Below are positions 1 through 7,950 of a stretch of 64,000 nt of DNA, in pieces. Origin of the DNA: Gemmatimonadales bacterium (lineage in GTDB: Bacteria; Gemmatimonadota; Gemmatimonadetes; Gemmatimonadales; GWC2-71-9); the NCBI GenBank assembly GCA_037189525.1, contig JBBCJC010000003.1:576001-640000 (forward strand). The letters run 5' to 3'. The stretch's first letter is position 1. Every line of letters starts with the position of its first letter. Made by a program: the position numbers and the translations under genes. The notes under the pieces were generated by a model. It ran no database searches. It saw only the letters and a program-made list of their open reading frames with translations, and was not told the origin of the DNA.

Positions 1-95
1 TGCGCTCGACCCGATTCTATTCGTTTGCGACCTATTTTACCTACGCGGCGTATTTTGCCAGCGGGGGAGTGGCTCGCATGCGTAGATCAGGCTGA
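1..95 (+). CDS. Phe/Tyr-rich attenuator leader peptide (start codon cut by the window edge)
   Basis: Frame from nt 3 reads [30 protein letters not shown] (TGA at 93-95). Nt 1-2 are TG, consistent with a clipped ATG/GTG/TTG. It has 4 Phe and 4 Tyr codons within 14 codons (nt 15-56), directly upstream of aroF. Confidence 0.8.
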   Translation, partial: RSTRFYSFATYFTYAAYFASGGVARMRRSG

Positions 96-122
96 CAGTA
101 GCGCCAGACGCAAGCGAACCAC

Positions 123-154
123 GGCCCCCGCAAATCGCGGGGGCCTTTTTGTTT
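123..154 (+). terminator. Attenuator (intrinsic terminator) upstream of aroF
   Basis: GGCCCCCGC-AAATC-GCGGGGGCC followed by TTTTTGTTT. GCGGGGG at 61-67 can pair instead with CCCCCGC at 125-131. Confidence 0.85.
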
Positions 155-175
155 GCCCAAAGCCCCGAGGATCCG

Positions 176-1018
176 ATGACCGCGTTTTCTGCCCAGCTGC
201 CTGCGACCGTTCCCGTCACCGTCGGGGATCGGTGCTGTTTTGGTGGCACCGATCTCGTCGTGATCGGCGGGCCCTGCTCGGTCGAGAGCGCGGCCATGGT
301 ACTCGACACCGCGTTGTCCGTGGCGGCGTCCGGAGCGCGGATGCTCCGGGGTGGGGCCTTCAAACCGCGCACCTCGCCCCACACCTTCCAGGGAATGGGC
401 GACCCGGCGCTCGACCTGCTGGCCCAGGCCGGCGAACGGGCCGGTCTCCCGGTCGTGACCGAAGTGACCGATCCTCGGCACGTGGATCGAGTGGCCGGGG
501 TGGCCGACATGCTCCAGGTCGGCGCCCGCAACATGCAGAACTACGCCTTGCTCGCCGAGGTCGGCCGGAGTGGAAAGCCGGTCCTGCTCAAGCGCGGCCT
601 GGCCGCGACGCTCAAGGAATTCCTGCTTGCTGCGGAGCATATCCGGGTCGCGGGGAACGATGCGGTGGTGCTCTGTGAACGCGGGATCCGCACCTTCGAA
701 ACCGCCTCCCGTTTCACGCTCGATGTCACCGCCGTTCCCGTCCTCAAAGCCGAGAGCCACCTGCCGGTCATCGTGGACCCGAGCCATGCGGGCGGGCGCG
801 CCCCGCTGGTGGCCCCGCTGGCCCGGGCGGCCATCGCGGCAGGTGCGGACGGGTTGATCGTCGAGGTACACCCCGAGCCGGCGACGGCCCAGTCCGATGC
901 GGAGCAATCGCTGACGTTCGCCGCGTTTGCGGAGCTGATGGTGCAGGTGGAGCGGGTGGCGCTCGCCGTGGGGCGGACCATCGGTGCCGCGCCGCTGGCC
1001 GTCGGGGCCTCGGTATGA
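176..1018 (+). CDS. aroF: 3-deoxy-7-phosphoheptulonate (DAHP) synthase, type I-beta, catalytic domain only
   Basis: [30 protein letters not shown] and DPSH motifs. ATG at 176 has a GAGG SD. Confidence 0.93.
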   Translation: MTAFSAQLPATVPVTVGDRCCFGGTDLVVIGGPCSVESAAMVLDTALSVAASGARMLRGGAFKPRTSPHTFQGMGDPALDLLAQAGERAGLPVVTEVTDPRHVDRVAGVADMLQVGARNMQNYALLAEVGRSGKPVLLKRGLAATLKEFLLAAEHIRVAGNDAVVLCERGIRTFETASRFTLDVTAVPVLKAESHLPVIVDPSHAGGRAPLVAPLARAAIAAGADGLIVEVHPEPATAQSDAEQSLTFAAFAELMVQVERVALAVGRTIGAAPLAVGASV

Positions 1019-1566
1019 TGCGGATTGCCATTCAGGGCGAACTGGGCGCCTTCTCCGAGATCGCGGCCGACTATATGAGCCGGGGCGAGCACGAGGTGGT
1101 TCCCACCCGCTCGTTCCGGGACGTGGTCGAGGCGGTGGAGAGTGGCCGGGCGGATGCCGGTGTTCTCCCGATCGCCAACAGTATCGTGGGGCCGGTGGTG
1201 GACAGCGTCGATGCCCTGGCAAGCGGGACGGCGGTCCTGGTCGATGGCGAATGCGACGTTCCGGTGCGCCTCCACCTGATGGGCCTGGGCGCGGCCACCC
1301 TCGACCGCGTGGCGCACGTCGCATCCCATCCCGTAGCATTGGCGCAGTGTACTCGTTTCCTTGGCGGCCATCCCGATTGGTACGTCGAGACCTATTACGA
1401 CAGCGCGGGCGCGGCGCGTGACGTGGCCGCGCGCGGGGATTCTTCGTTCGTCGCCATCGCGGGCGACGCTGCCGCCACGCGGTATCGGCTTGCCATTCTG
1501 GCCCGCGACGTCCACGATCTGCCGGACAACTCGACCCGCTTCGTGCTGATTCGGAGGCGCCCATGA
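1015..1566 (+). CDS. pheA: Prephenate dehydratase lacking an ACT domain
   Basis: [23 protein letters not shown] and SHPVALAQC motifs; ends just after the N-S-TRF motif. Confidence 0.88.
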   Translation: MMRIAIQGELGAFSEIAADYMSRGEHEVVPTRSFRDVVEAVESGRADAGVLPIANSIVGPVVDSVDALASGTAVLVDGECDVPVRLHLMGLGAATLDRVAHVASHPVALAQCTRFLGGHPDWYVETYYDSAGAARDVAARGDSSFVAIAGDAAATRYRLAILARDVHDLPDNSTRFVLIRRRP

Positions 1567-1940
1567 CCCGCCGGATGTGGGGCCTTCGCGGCGCCATCAC
1601 CGTCGACGCCGACCGTCCGGAGCTGATCCGGGCCGCGACGCGCGAACTGCTCGAGACGCTCGTCACCAGGAACGACCTGGATCAGGACGAGATCGTGAGC
1701 GCCATCTTCAGCGTCACCACCGACCTCGTGAGCGAATATCCGGCTACGGGTGCTCGCGAGCTGGGTTGGGTGGAGGTGCCGCTGCTCTGCACGACCGAGA
1801 TTCCGGTGCCCGGCGGCCTTCCGCGGGTCATTCGGGTCCTGCTGCATGTCGAGCCTGCCGTGCCGCGAGCCCGATGGCAGCCGGTCTACCTCCGGGGGGC
1901 CACGGTGCTGCGTCCCGATCTGGTGCCGGTCCCCTCCTGA
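1563..1940 (+). CDS. aroH: Chorismate mutase, AroH class
   Basis: GLRGAIT, FSVTTDL, YPATGAR, VPLLCTTEI and VYLRGATVLRPDL motifs. Confidence 0.92.
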   Translation: MTRRMWGLRGAITVDADRPELIRAATRELLETLVTRNDLDQDEIVSAIFSVTTDLVSEYPATGARELGWVEVPLLCTTEIPVPGGLPRVIRVLLHVEPAVPRARWQPVYLRGATVLRPDLVPVPS

Positions 1941-2117
1941 GGCCGGCTCGATGCCGAGCCGCCGGCTATTTCGGAATGGCTGGCGGTCGGGTTACCCTTC
2001 CTGCCGCAATTTGTTCCTCGGCGGAACAATCCGCCCCGGCGCTCGGCCGGGGCGGTCGGATCTCCGGCGTCCGGCGGAATATCCGCCCGGATTTGCCCGG
2101 CTGAACCTGGGGTTGGT

Positions 2118-3455
2118 GTGGGCTTAACGATCATCTCGACACTCGTCGTCATCGGTGTGCTCGTGTTCATCCACGAGCTGGGGCATTTCCTGGCCGCGAA
2201 GTGGGCCGGGATCCATGTCCACCGGTTCTCGCTGGGCCTGGGCGCGCCGATTCGCTGGCTCTCGTTCAAGCGCAACGAGACGGAATATTCCGTGTCCTGG
2301 CTGCCGCTTGGTGGGTACGTCAAGATGGCCAGCGACATGGAAGAAACCGATGCGATGCTCGAAGGCGGGGCGGAGCAGGTCGAAGTGCCCCGCGAGCGCC
2401 GCTTCGAAGCCAAGCCGATCTGGGTTCGGATGGTCGTGATCCTTGCCGGCGTAGTCATGAATGCGCTGTTTGCCTGGCTGGTGCTGTCCGGACTGATCTA
2501 CGTCCGGGGCCGGCCGACGCTCCCGGTCACCACGATTGCCGGCGTCGACTCGACCCGGCTGCCGGCCGGCGCGCGCGGGTTGGAACTGGTGGCGCGGGGC
2601 GATCGCGTCGTGGCGGTCAACGGCGTTGCCGTGACGACCTGGGAAGAGATGCAGCGGGAGTGGTTGGGAATCCGCGATACCGTCACGATTGACGTGGCGG
2701 GCAAGAGTCCGGTGGTCATTGCCGGCTCGCTCGAAGACCGGAGGACGGCGCTCACCACGATGCGTCCCTTGCTTCCTCCGGTCGTGTCGGATGTGGTGCC
2801 GCAGCGACCCGGAGCGCAGGCCGGCCTGGCCCGGGGCGATACGATCGTCACCTTCGATGGCGCGGCCGTCGGCGAGTGGCGCGAGATGGTGAGCCGGATC
2901 GAAAGCAAGGCCGATCAGCCAGTGGAACTGCTCGTCGGCCGTCCGACCGGGCGTACCGTCATCCAGGTCACTCCAGCCGCTGAGGACGTGGAGGGCCGGA
3001 CCGTCGGACGCATCGGGATTTACGGACCGCTCCAGCCGGAACTCCGCGAGCGGGTCGGGCTTGGGACCGCGGTGGTCGAGGGCGGTGAATGGACCTGGTT
3101 CATTGCGACCCAGATTGCCAACACGGTGCGCGGGATGTTTTCGGGGCGCGTCTCCACCCGCGAGGTGGGCGGCCCGATTGCCATCGGCATGGCCGCCGGG
3201 GAGAGCGTTCGGCGGGGAGCCGAGGACTTCCTGGTGTTCATGGCGGCCATTTCCGTCAACCTGGCCGTGCTCAATCTGCTGCCGATTCCGTTGCTCGACG
3301 GCGGGCAGTTCCTCTTCCTGCTGGCGGAAGCGGTCACCCGGCGCCCGATAACGGGACGGGTGCGGGAATGGCTTACCATGGCCGGCTTCGTGGCGCTGGT
3401 GATGCTGATGGTATTGGCCTTCTCCAACGACATCCGGCGGTTGCTCGGCATTTGA
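2118..3455 (+). CDS. rseP: RIP metalloprotease RseP
   Basis: HELGH, PLGGYVKM, PDZ-like regions and NLLPIPLLDGG. Confidence 0.93.
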   Translation: MGLTIISTLVVIGVLVFIHELGHFLAAKWAGIHVHRFSLGLGAPIRWLSFKRNETEYSVSWLPLGGYVKMASDMEETDAMLEGGAEQVEVPRERRFEAKPIWVRMVVILAGVVMNALFAWLVLSGLIYVRGRPTLPVTTIAGVDSTRLPAGARGLELVARGDRVVAVNGVAVTTWEEMQREWLGIRDTVTIDVAGKSPVVIAGSLEDRRTALTTMRPLLPPVVSDVVPQRPGAQAGLARGDTIVTFDGAAVGEWREMVSRIESKADQPVELLVGRPTGRTVIQVTPAAEDVEGRTVGRIGIYGPLQPELRERVGLGTAVVEGGEWTWFIATQIANTVRGMFSGRVSTREVGGPIAIGMAAGESVRRGAEDFLVFMAAISVNLAVLNLLPIPLLDGGQFLFLLAEAVTRRPITGRVREWLTMAGFVALVMLMVLAFSNDIRRLLGI

Positions 3456-3573
3456 GGATTCAGGCTCCGTAGTACTACGGTTTCGCATCCCTCCGATCCC
3501 GGTGATCTTGGTCGCGCTGCGCGATCGGTCCGGGTCGAACTCGGGGGATGCGCGCCGAGTGGGGGGGGGAGCC

Positions 3574-4638
3574 GTGAGCGTAGTCCGGGAGCCGCGCGTC
3601 GGTGTCCTGCTCGTCAATCTGGGAACACCGGATACGCCGAGTGTGAAGGACGTCCGGCGCTACCTGCGTGAGTTTCTCGGCGACCCCCGGGTCCTCGATG
3701 TCCATCCGGTCCTGCGCTGGTACCTCCTCAACCTGGTTTTCCTTCCGTTTCGTCCTCGGCGTTCCGCTGCGCAGTATGCGTCCATCTGGACCGCGGCCGG
3801 CTCGCCGCTCCTGCTGCACAGCCGCGCCCTGACCACCGCATTGCAGCAACGACTCGGCTCGAGTGTGACGGTCGACCTGGCCATGCGCTACGGCCAACCC
3901 ACGGTCGATAACGCGCTCGACCGTCTGATGGCGGCGGCGGTCGACCGGATCATCGTGGTGCCGCTCTATCCGCAGTACGCCAGCTCCGCAGGCGGCACCG
4001 CCATCGCGCACGTGATGCGGCGAGCGGCCGAGCGATGGAATGTGCCGCCGATCGAAATCGTCGCCGACTACTTCGACGACCCCCGCTTCATCGAGGCGCT
4101 CTGCCGTTCGGTTCGTCCGGTGCTCGACGGGTTCGATCCGGACTTCGTACTGATGAGCTATCACGGTGTGCCCGAACGCCAGGTGCGCAAATCCGATCCC
4201 TCGGGCGACTGGTGCCTGCAGTCCGATCGCTGTTGTGAGGGGATCGATCAGGCCAATCGCTGGTGCTACCGGGCGCAGTGTTTTGCGACCAGTCGTCATC
4301 TGGCCGCGGGGCTCGGCCTGGCGTCCCACCAGACCGGGACCGCCTTTCAGTCCCGGCTCGGTTCTGACCCCTGGATCCGTCCGCATACCGATCGGATGTT
4401 CGGTCAGCTGGCCGCGGCCGGGGTGCGCCGCCTGGCGGTCGTCTGTCCCGGTTTTGCGGCGGATTGCCTGGAGACCATCGAGGAAATCGGCGATCGCGGG
4501 GCCCACGCCTGGTCCGCGCTGGGCGGCGAGGCGTTTCAGCTGGTTCCCTGTCTCAATGCCGAGCCGGGTTGGGTCGATGCGCTGGCGGGGATGATCGAGG
4601 CCCGGATCGGAATCGAGGCGTCCGTCGGTAGCATCTGA
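3574..4638 (+). CDS. hemH: Protoporphyrin ferrochelatase
   Basis: VLLVNLGTPD, AMRYG, PLYPQY, SYHGVP, FQSRLG and FAADCLETIEEI. GTG start follows a G-rich SD. Confidence 0.93.
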   Translation: MSVVREPRVGVLLVNLGTPDTPSVKDVRRYLREFLGDPRVLDVHPVLRWYLLNLVFLPFRPRRSAAQYASIWTAAGSPLLLHSRALTTALQQRLGSSVTVDLAMRYGQPTVDNALDRLMAAAVDRIIVVPLYPQYASSAGGTAIAHVMRRAAERWNVPPIEIVADYFDDPRFIEALCRSVRPVLDGFDPDFVLMSYHGVPERQVRKSDPSGDWCLQSDRCCEGIDQANRWCYRAQCFATSRHLAAGLGLASHQTGTAFQSRLGSDPWIRPHTDRMFGQLAAAGVRRLAVVCPGFAADCLETIEEIGDRGAHAWSALGGEAFQLVPCLNAEPGWVDALAGMIEARIGIEASVGSI

Positions 4639-4740
4639 CCTGCCAGTGGCCGGGCTTCACTCCATTCAGGTACTATTCGGATACGGGTGCGGGCCCGATC
4701 CGGCGCAACGCCCCGAGACGCTTCACCAGGAGGGGTTTGG

Positions 4741-4869
4741 ATGAGCAAGCTGCTTCGCGGATTGGCGGCAGGGTGGGGTGCCAAGAAGTTGGGCGGGGGA
4801 TGTCTGAGCACCGTGCTGATTTTTCTGCTTCTCTGGTGGTTACTCGGTAATTTCGAGATCTTCAAGTGA
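4741..4869 (+). CDS. Small 42-aa membrane protein
   Basis: AGGAGG SD before the ATG. Sequence MSKLLRGLAAGWGAKKLGGGCLSTVLIFLLLWWLLGNFEIFK; stop overlaps the next GTG. Confidence 0.65.
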   Translation: MSKLLRGLAAGWGAKKLGGGCLSTVLIFLLLWWLLGNFEIFK

Positions 4870-6119
4870 GCGTTCCGGTCTCCGTCGAGCCGGTGTCGGG
4901 CGAGTCCCCGGCACCGGCTGCCGACGGTGTCAGCGGGTATGATCGACGCGCCATTGCGTACCTGGCGGTAGCGCATGGCGTCGATGATTTCTACCAGGCC
5001 GCGGTGCCTGCGCTGGTGCCGTTCTTCGTCGTCGCGCACAATCTGAGCTATCAGGCGGCCGCCGGGGCCGTCCTGGTCTCCAATCTGCTGTCGTCGCTGC
5101 TCCAACCGTTCTTCGGATACTGGGCCGATCGCCATCGGGCGCCGTGGCTCGTTTGGGGCGGGATGGGACTGGCCGGCATCGGCGTGTCGCTGGCGGTGCT
5201 GACGCAGTCGTTTCCGCTCGCGCTGGTCCTCTGCGGTATCACCGGAGTGGGGATTGCCGCGTTTCATCCGGAGGCCTCGCGGGCCACGGCCCAGGCGTCG
5301 GGTCGCCGGCGTGGCACCGGGATGAGCGTCTTCGCGTTGGGCGGAAACGGTGGTTTTGCCCTGGCGCCCCTTGCGGTCGTGCCGCTGGCCTCGAGTTATG
5401 GAATTCGTGCCGTGGCGGTATTGATCGTGCCGGCGCTGGCCATGATGGCGTTCCTGGTTCGTAACGCGACGCAGTGGCAGTCGATTCGGGTTGCCCGTCC
5501 GGCTGCCGGCGCCGGCGAGCATGCCGCGGAGCCGGAGGCGTGGGGGGCGTTTGCGCGGCTGACCGGCGCGGTCGGGATGCGCTCGATCGTCTTTTTCGGT
5601 CTCAACACCTTTCTGCCCATCTACTGGGCGACCCGTTTCAATCTCGATCTCGCGGCCGGAGGCCTGGCGCTCACCGTCCTCCTGATCGTCGGCGTGGTGG
5701 GCACCCTACTGGGCGGCCGAGCGGCCGACCGGTTCGGGGCGCGCGCGGTGGTGGTGGTGTGTTCCTGCGCGCTGGGTCCGTTGCTCTGGCTCTTTCTCCA
5801 GGCCGATGACCGGCTGGTCGCGCTTGGTCTGCTGATTCCGCTTGGTATTGCACTCTCGGCGCCGTTCAGTGTGATGGTCGTGCTGGGTCAGCAGTATCTG
5901 CCGCGCCACGTCGGCACGGCGTCCGGCGTGACGCTGGGCCTGGCGGTCACCGTCGGCGGACTGGCCGCGCCGGTGCTCGGCCGCATGGCTGACGAGCAGG
6001 GCGTGGCCGCTGCACTCGGCGTACTGGTCTGGACGGCGTTGCTCACGGCGGTACTCTCGCTTACCCTGTCGCCTGTTCCCAGTGCCCGTGCCGGCGGCCC
6101 GTCGCGCACCGTGACCTGA
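4866..6119 (+). CDS. MFS transporter (Fsr-like)
   Basis: About 12 hydrophobic segments; HGVDDFYQ, QPFFGYWADR, FHPE and GGNGGFALAP. Confidence 0.88.
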   Translation: MSVPVSVEPVSGESPAPAADGVSGYDRRAIAYLAVAHGVDDFYQAAVPALVPFFVVAHNLSYQAAAGAVLVSNLLSSLLQPFFGYWADRHRAPWLVWGGMGLAGIGVSLAVLTQSFPLALVLCGITGVGIAAFHPEASRATAQASGRRRGTGMSVFALGGNGGFALAPLAVVPLASSYGIRAVAVLIVPALAMMAFLVRNATQWQSIRVARPAAGAGEHAAEPEAWGAFARLTGAVGMRSIVFFGLNTFLPIYWATRFNLDLAAGGLALTVLLIVGVVGTLLGGRAADRFGARAVVVVCSCALGPLLWLFLQADDRLVALGLLIPLGIALSAPFSVMVVLGQQYLPRHVGTASGVTLGLAVTVGGLAAPVLGRMADEQGVAAALGVLVWTALLTAVLSLTLSPVPSARAGGPSRTVT

Positions 6120-6131
6120 TCCGATCGGCGT

Positions 6132-6162
6132 CCGGTCCGGGGTCGGACCGGTCTGTCGTTTT
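6132..6162 (+). terminator. Probable intrinsic terminator
   Basis: CCGGTCCG-GGGT-CGGACCGG with a T-rich tail after the MFS stop. Confidence 0.5.
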
Positions 6163-6311
6163 CGGTTCTTCGAGCGCGCGGCGATCGGGTCAGGACCGCT
6201 GGTAACCTCGGCCAGCACGGTTCTCGTCGTTCCGGAGTTTGCCGGCCGGGTATCGTTGACGATTCCTCGAGCCGGGAGCAACTTTCCATTCTGCCTTCAC
6301 TCGGAAATCCC

Positions 6312-7421
6312 ATGGCTTCCACTCGCCGTCAGTTCGTTCGGCAGGCATCCTCCGTTGCCGGTGCCGCCGCGCTCGCGCCATTCCACATCTGGGTGCCGCG
6401 TTTTCGCACCCAGAAGAAACTCAACATCCTGATCCTGGGCGGGACCAACTTCATCGGTCCATACCAGGTTCAGTATGCGCTCGACCGCGGGCACACCATC
6501 ACCCTCTTCAACCGGGGCAAGACGAACCCCGCGCTCTTTCCCAACGTCGAGAAGCTCACGGGCGACCGCAACAACGACCTCAAGTCGCTGGAAGGGCGCA
6601 AATGGGATGTCGTGATCGACATCTCCGCCACCAATCCGGAGTGGGTCGCGCTGTCGGGACGGGTGCTGGAGCATTCGGTCAAGCAATATGTCTTCATTTC
6701 GACCCGGTCGGTCTATTACGACACGAGCCGGGTGCCGATGACCGTCGATGCGCCGCTGTTCTCCCCGGAGAACACTCCGGTACCCGCCGGGCGGCCGCTC
6801 CCGTACGGGCTTGCCAAGGCCATCTCCGAAAAGACGCTGCGTGACCGGTTCGGCAACCGGCTGCTGGTGGTGCGTCCGTCGCTGGTGGTCGGCCCCGGGG
6901 ATACCACCGACCGGTTTACCTACTGGCCGTTGCGGATCGAGCGGGGTGGGGAGGTGCTCGCGCCGGGCGATGGGACCGACCCGGTCCAGTTCATCGACGC
7001 CCGGGATCTGGGCGAGTGGGTCATCCGCCTGGTCGAGATGGGCACCACGGGGTACTACAACGCCCTGGGGCCGCAGACGCCCCGGTCCTTTGCGGAATTG
7101 CTCCACGGGATCAAGGCCGTCACCACCTCGAACGCCACGTTCACCTGGGTCGACACCGACTTCCTGCTGGCCAATCAGGTCCGGCCCTACCAGGAAATGC
7201 CGGTCTGGCAGCCGGCCCGGGACGGGAAAGAGGGCTTTGCCCGGTTCGACATCTCGCGCGAGGTGGCGCTGGGGCTCACGTTCCGGTCTCTGGCGGTGAC
7301 CACCAAGGACACGCTCGACTACTACCACGCCCAGACGCCCGAGCGCCAGGCGCAGCTCCGGGCCGGCATCACGCCCGAGCGGGAGCAGGAAGTCCTGGCC
7401 GCCTGGCGGGCGCGCCGGTAG
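6312..7421 (+). CDS. NAD-dependent epimerase/dehydratase family protein with Tat signal
   Basis: TRRQF twin-arginine motif, ILGGTNFIG Rossmann motif, YGLAK. Confidence 0.85.
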   Translation: MASTRRQFVRQASSVAGAAALAPFHIWVPRFRTQKKLNILILGGTNFIGPYQVQYALDRGHTITLFNRGKTNPALFPNVEKLTGDRNNDLKSLEGRKWDVVIDISATNPEWVALSGRVLEHSVKQYVFISTRSVYYDTSRVPMTVDAPLFSPENTPVPAGRPLPYGLAKAISEKTLRDRFGNRLLVVRPSLVVGPGDTTDRFTYWPLRIERGGEVLAPGDGTDPVQFIDARDLGEWVIRLVEMGTTGYYNALGPQTPRSFAELLHGIKAVTTSNATFTWVDTDFLLANQVRPYQEMPVWQPARDGKEGFARFDISREVALGLTFRSLAVTTKDTLDYYHAQTPERQAQLRAGITPEREQEVLAAWRARR

Positions 7422-7450
7422 TAGTCCAGGGGGCCGGAATGGCCCTGGCG

Positions 7451-7493
7451 GACGCCCCTGCTCCCAGCCGCCCGGCCGGGGAGCGGGGGCGTC
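7451..7493 (+). terminator. Long GC hairpin after the epimerase gene
   Basis: GACGCCCCTGCTCCC pairs with GGGAGCGGGGGCGTC (15 bp, one G-U). Confidence 0.55.
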
Positions 7494-7522
7494 TTGCCTC
7501 CCGGATTCTGGCTATCTATATT
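7494..7522 (+). promoter_or_regulatory. Sigma70-type promoter of rpsO
   Basis: TTGCCT-N17-TATATT, about 60 nt upstream of the rpsO ATG. Confidence 0.65.
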
Positions 7523-7581
7523 GAAAGGCTACAACCACTTACGAACTTTTTAAGCGCGTCGAAGCAACGAGGACACAGCAA

Positions 7582-7842
7582 ATGGGGTACGACAAAGCGG
7601 GCGTCATGGCGAAGTATCGCCAGCACGGCGAAGACACGGGATCGGCCCGGGTTCAGGTCGCCATGCTCACCGAGCGTATCAACTCCCTCACGGATCACTT
7701 CCGCACCCATCCGAAAGACCATCATGGTCGGCGCGGGTTGCTGAAGATGGTCGGTCAGCGGCGGCGGCTCCTTTCTTATCTCCGCAGCACCGATCTTCAG
7801 ACGTACCGAGCGCTGATTCAGGACCTCGGTCTCCGTCACTAA
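7582..7842 (+). CDS. rpsO: 30S ribosomal protein S15
   Basis: [13 protein letters not shown] and [29 protein letters not shown]. Confidence 0.97.
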   Translation: MGYDKAGVMAKYRQHGEDTGSARVQVAMLTERINSLTDHFRTHPKDHHGRRGLLKMVGQRRRLLSYLRSTDLQTYRALIQDLGLRH

Positions 7843-7950
7843 ATCATCGGCTCCAGACGCGGGCGCCCCAGGATATGACGGGGCGCCCTCGGTGCTTTGG
7901 GGCTGCCTGGTGTGTCGATGACTACCAGTTCACCGATGAGGGATAATCCT

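Noticed and set aside
1..175. T-box riboswitch upstream of aroF
   Set aside because: No T-box antiterminator consensus (TGGnACC) precedes the terminator, and the F/Y leader peptide explains the region better.
1950..2060. GC hairpins between aroH and rseP as an ncRNA
   Set aside because: Consistent with an ordinary terminator or chance GC-rich stems; no family motif recognised.
7523..7581. S15 autoregulatory leader RNA
   Set aside because: Plausible by position, but the leader is short and I could not identify a convincing structure.
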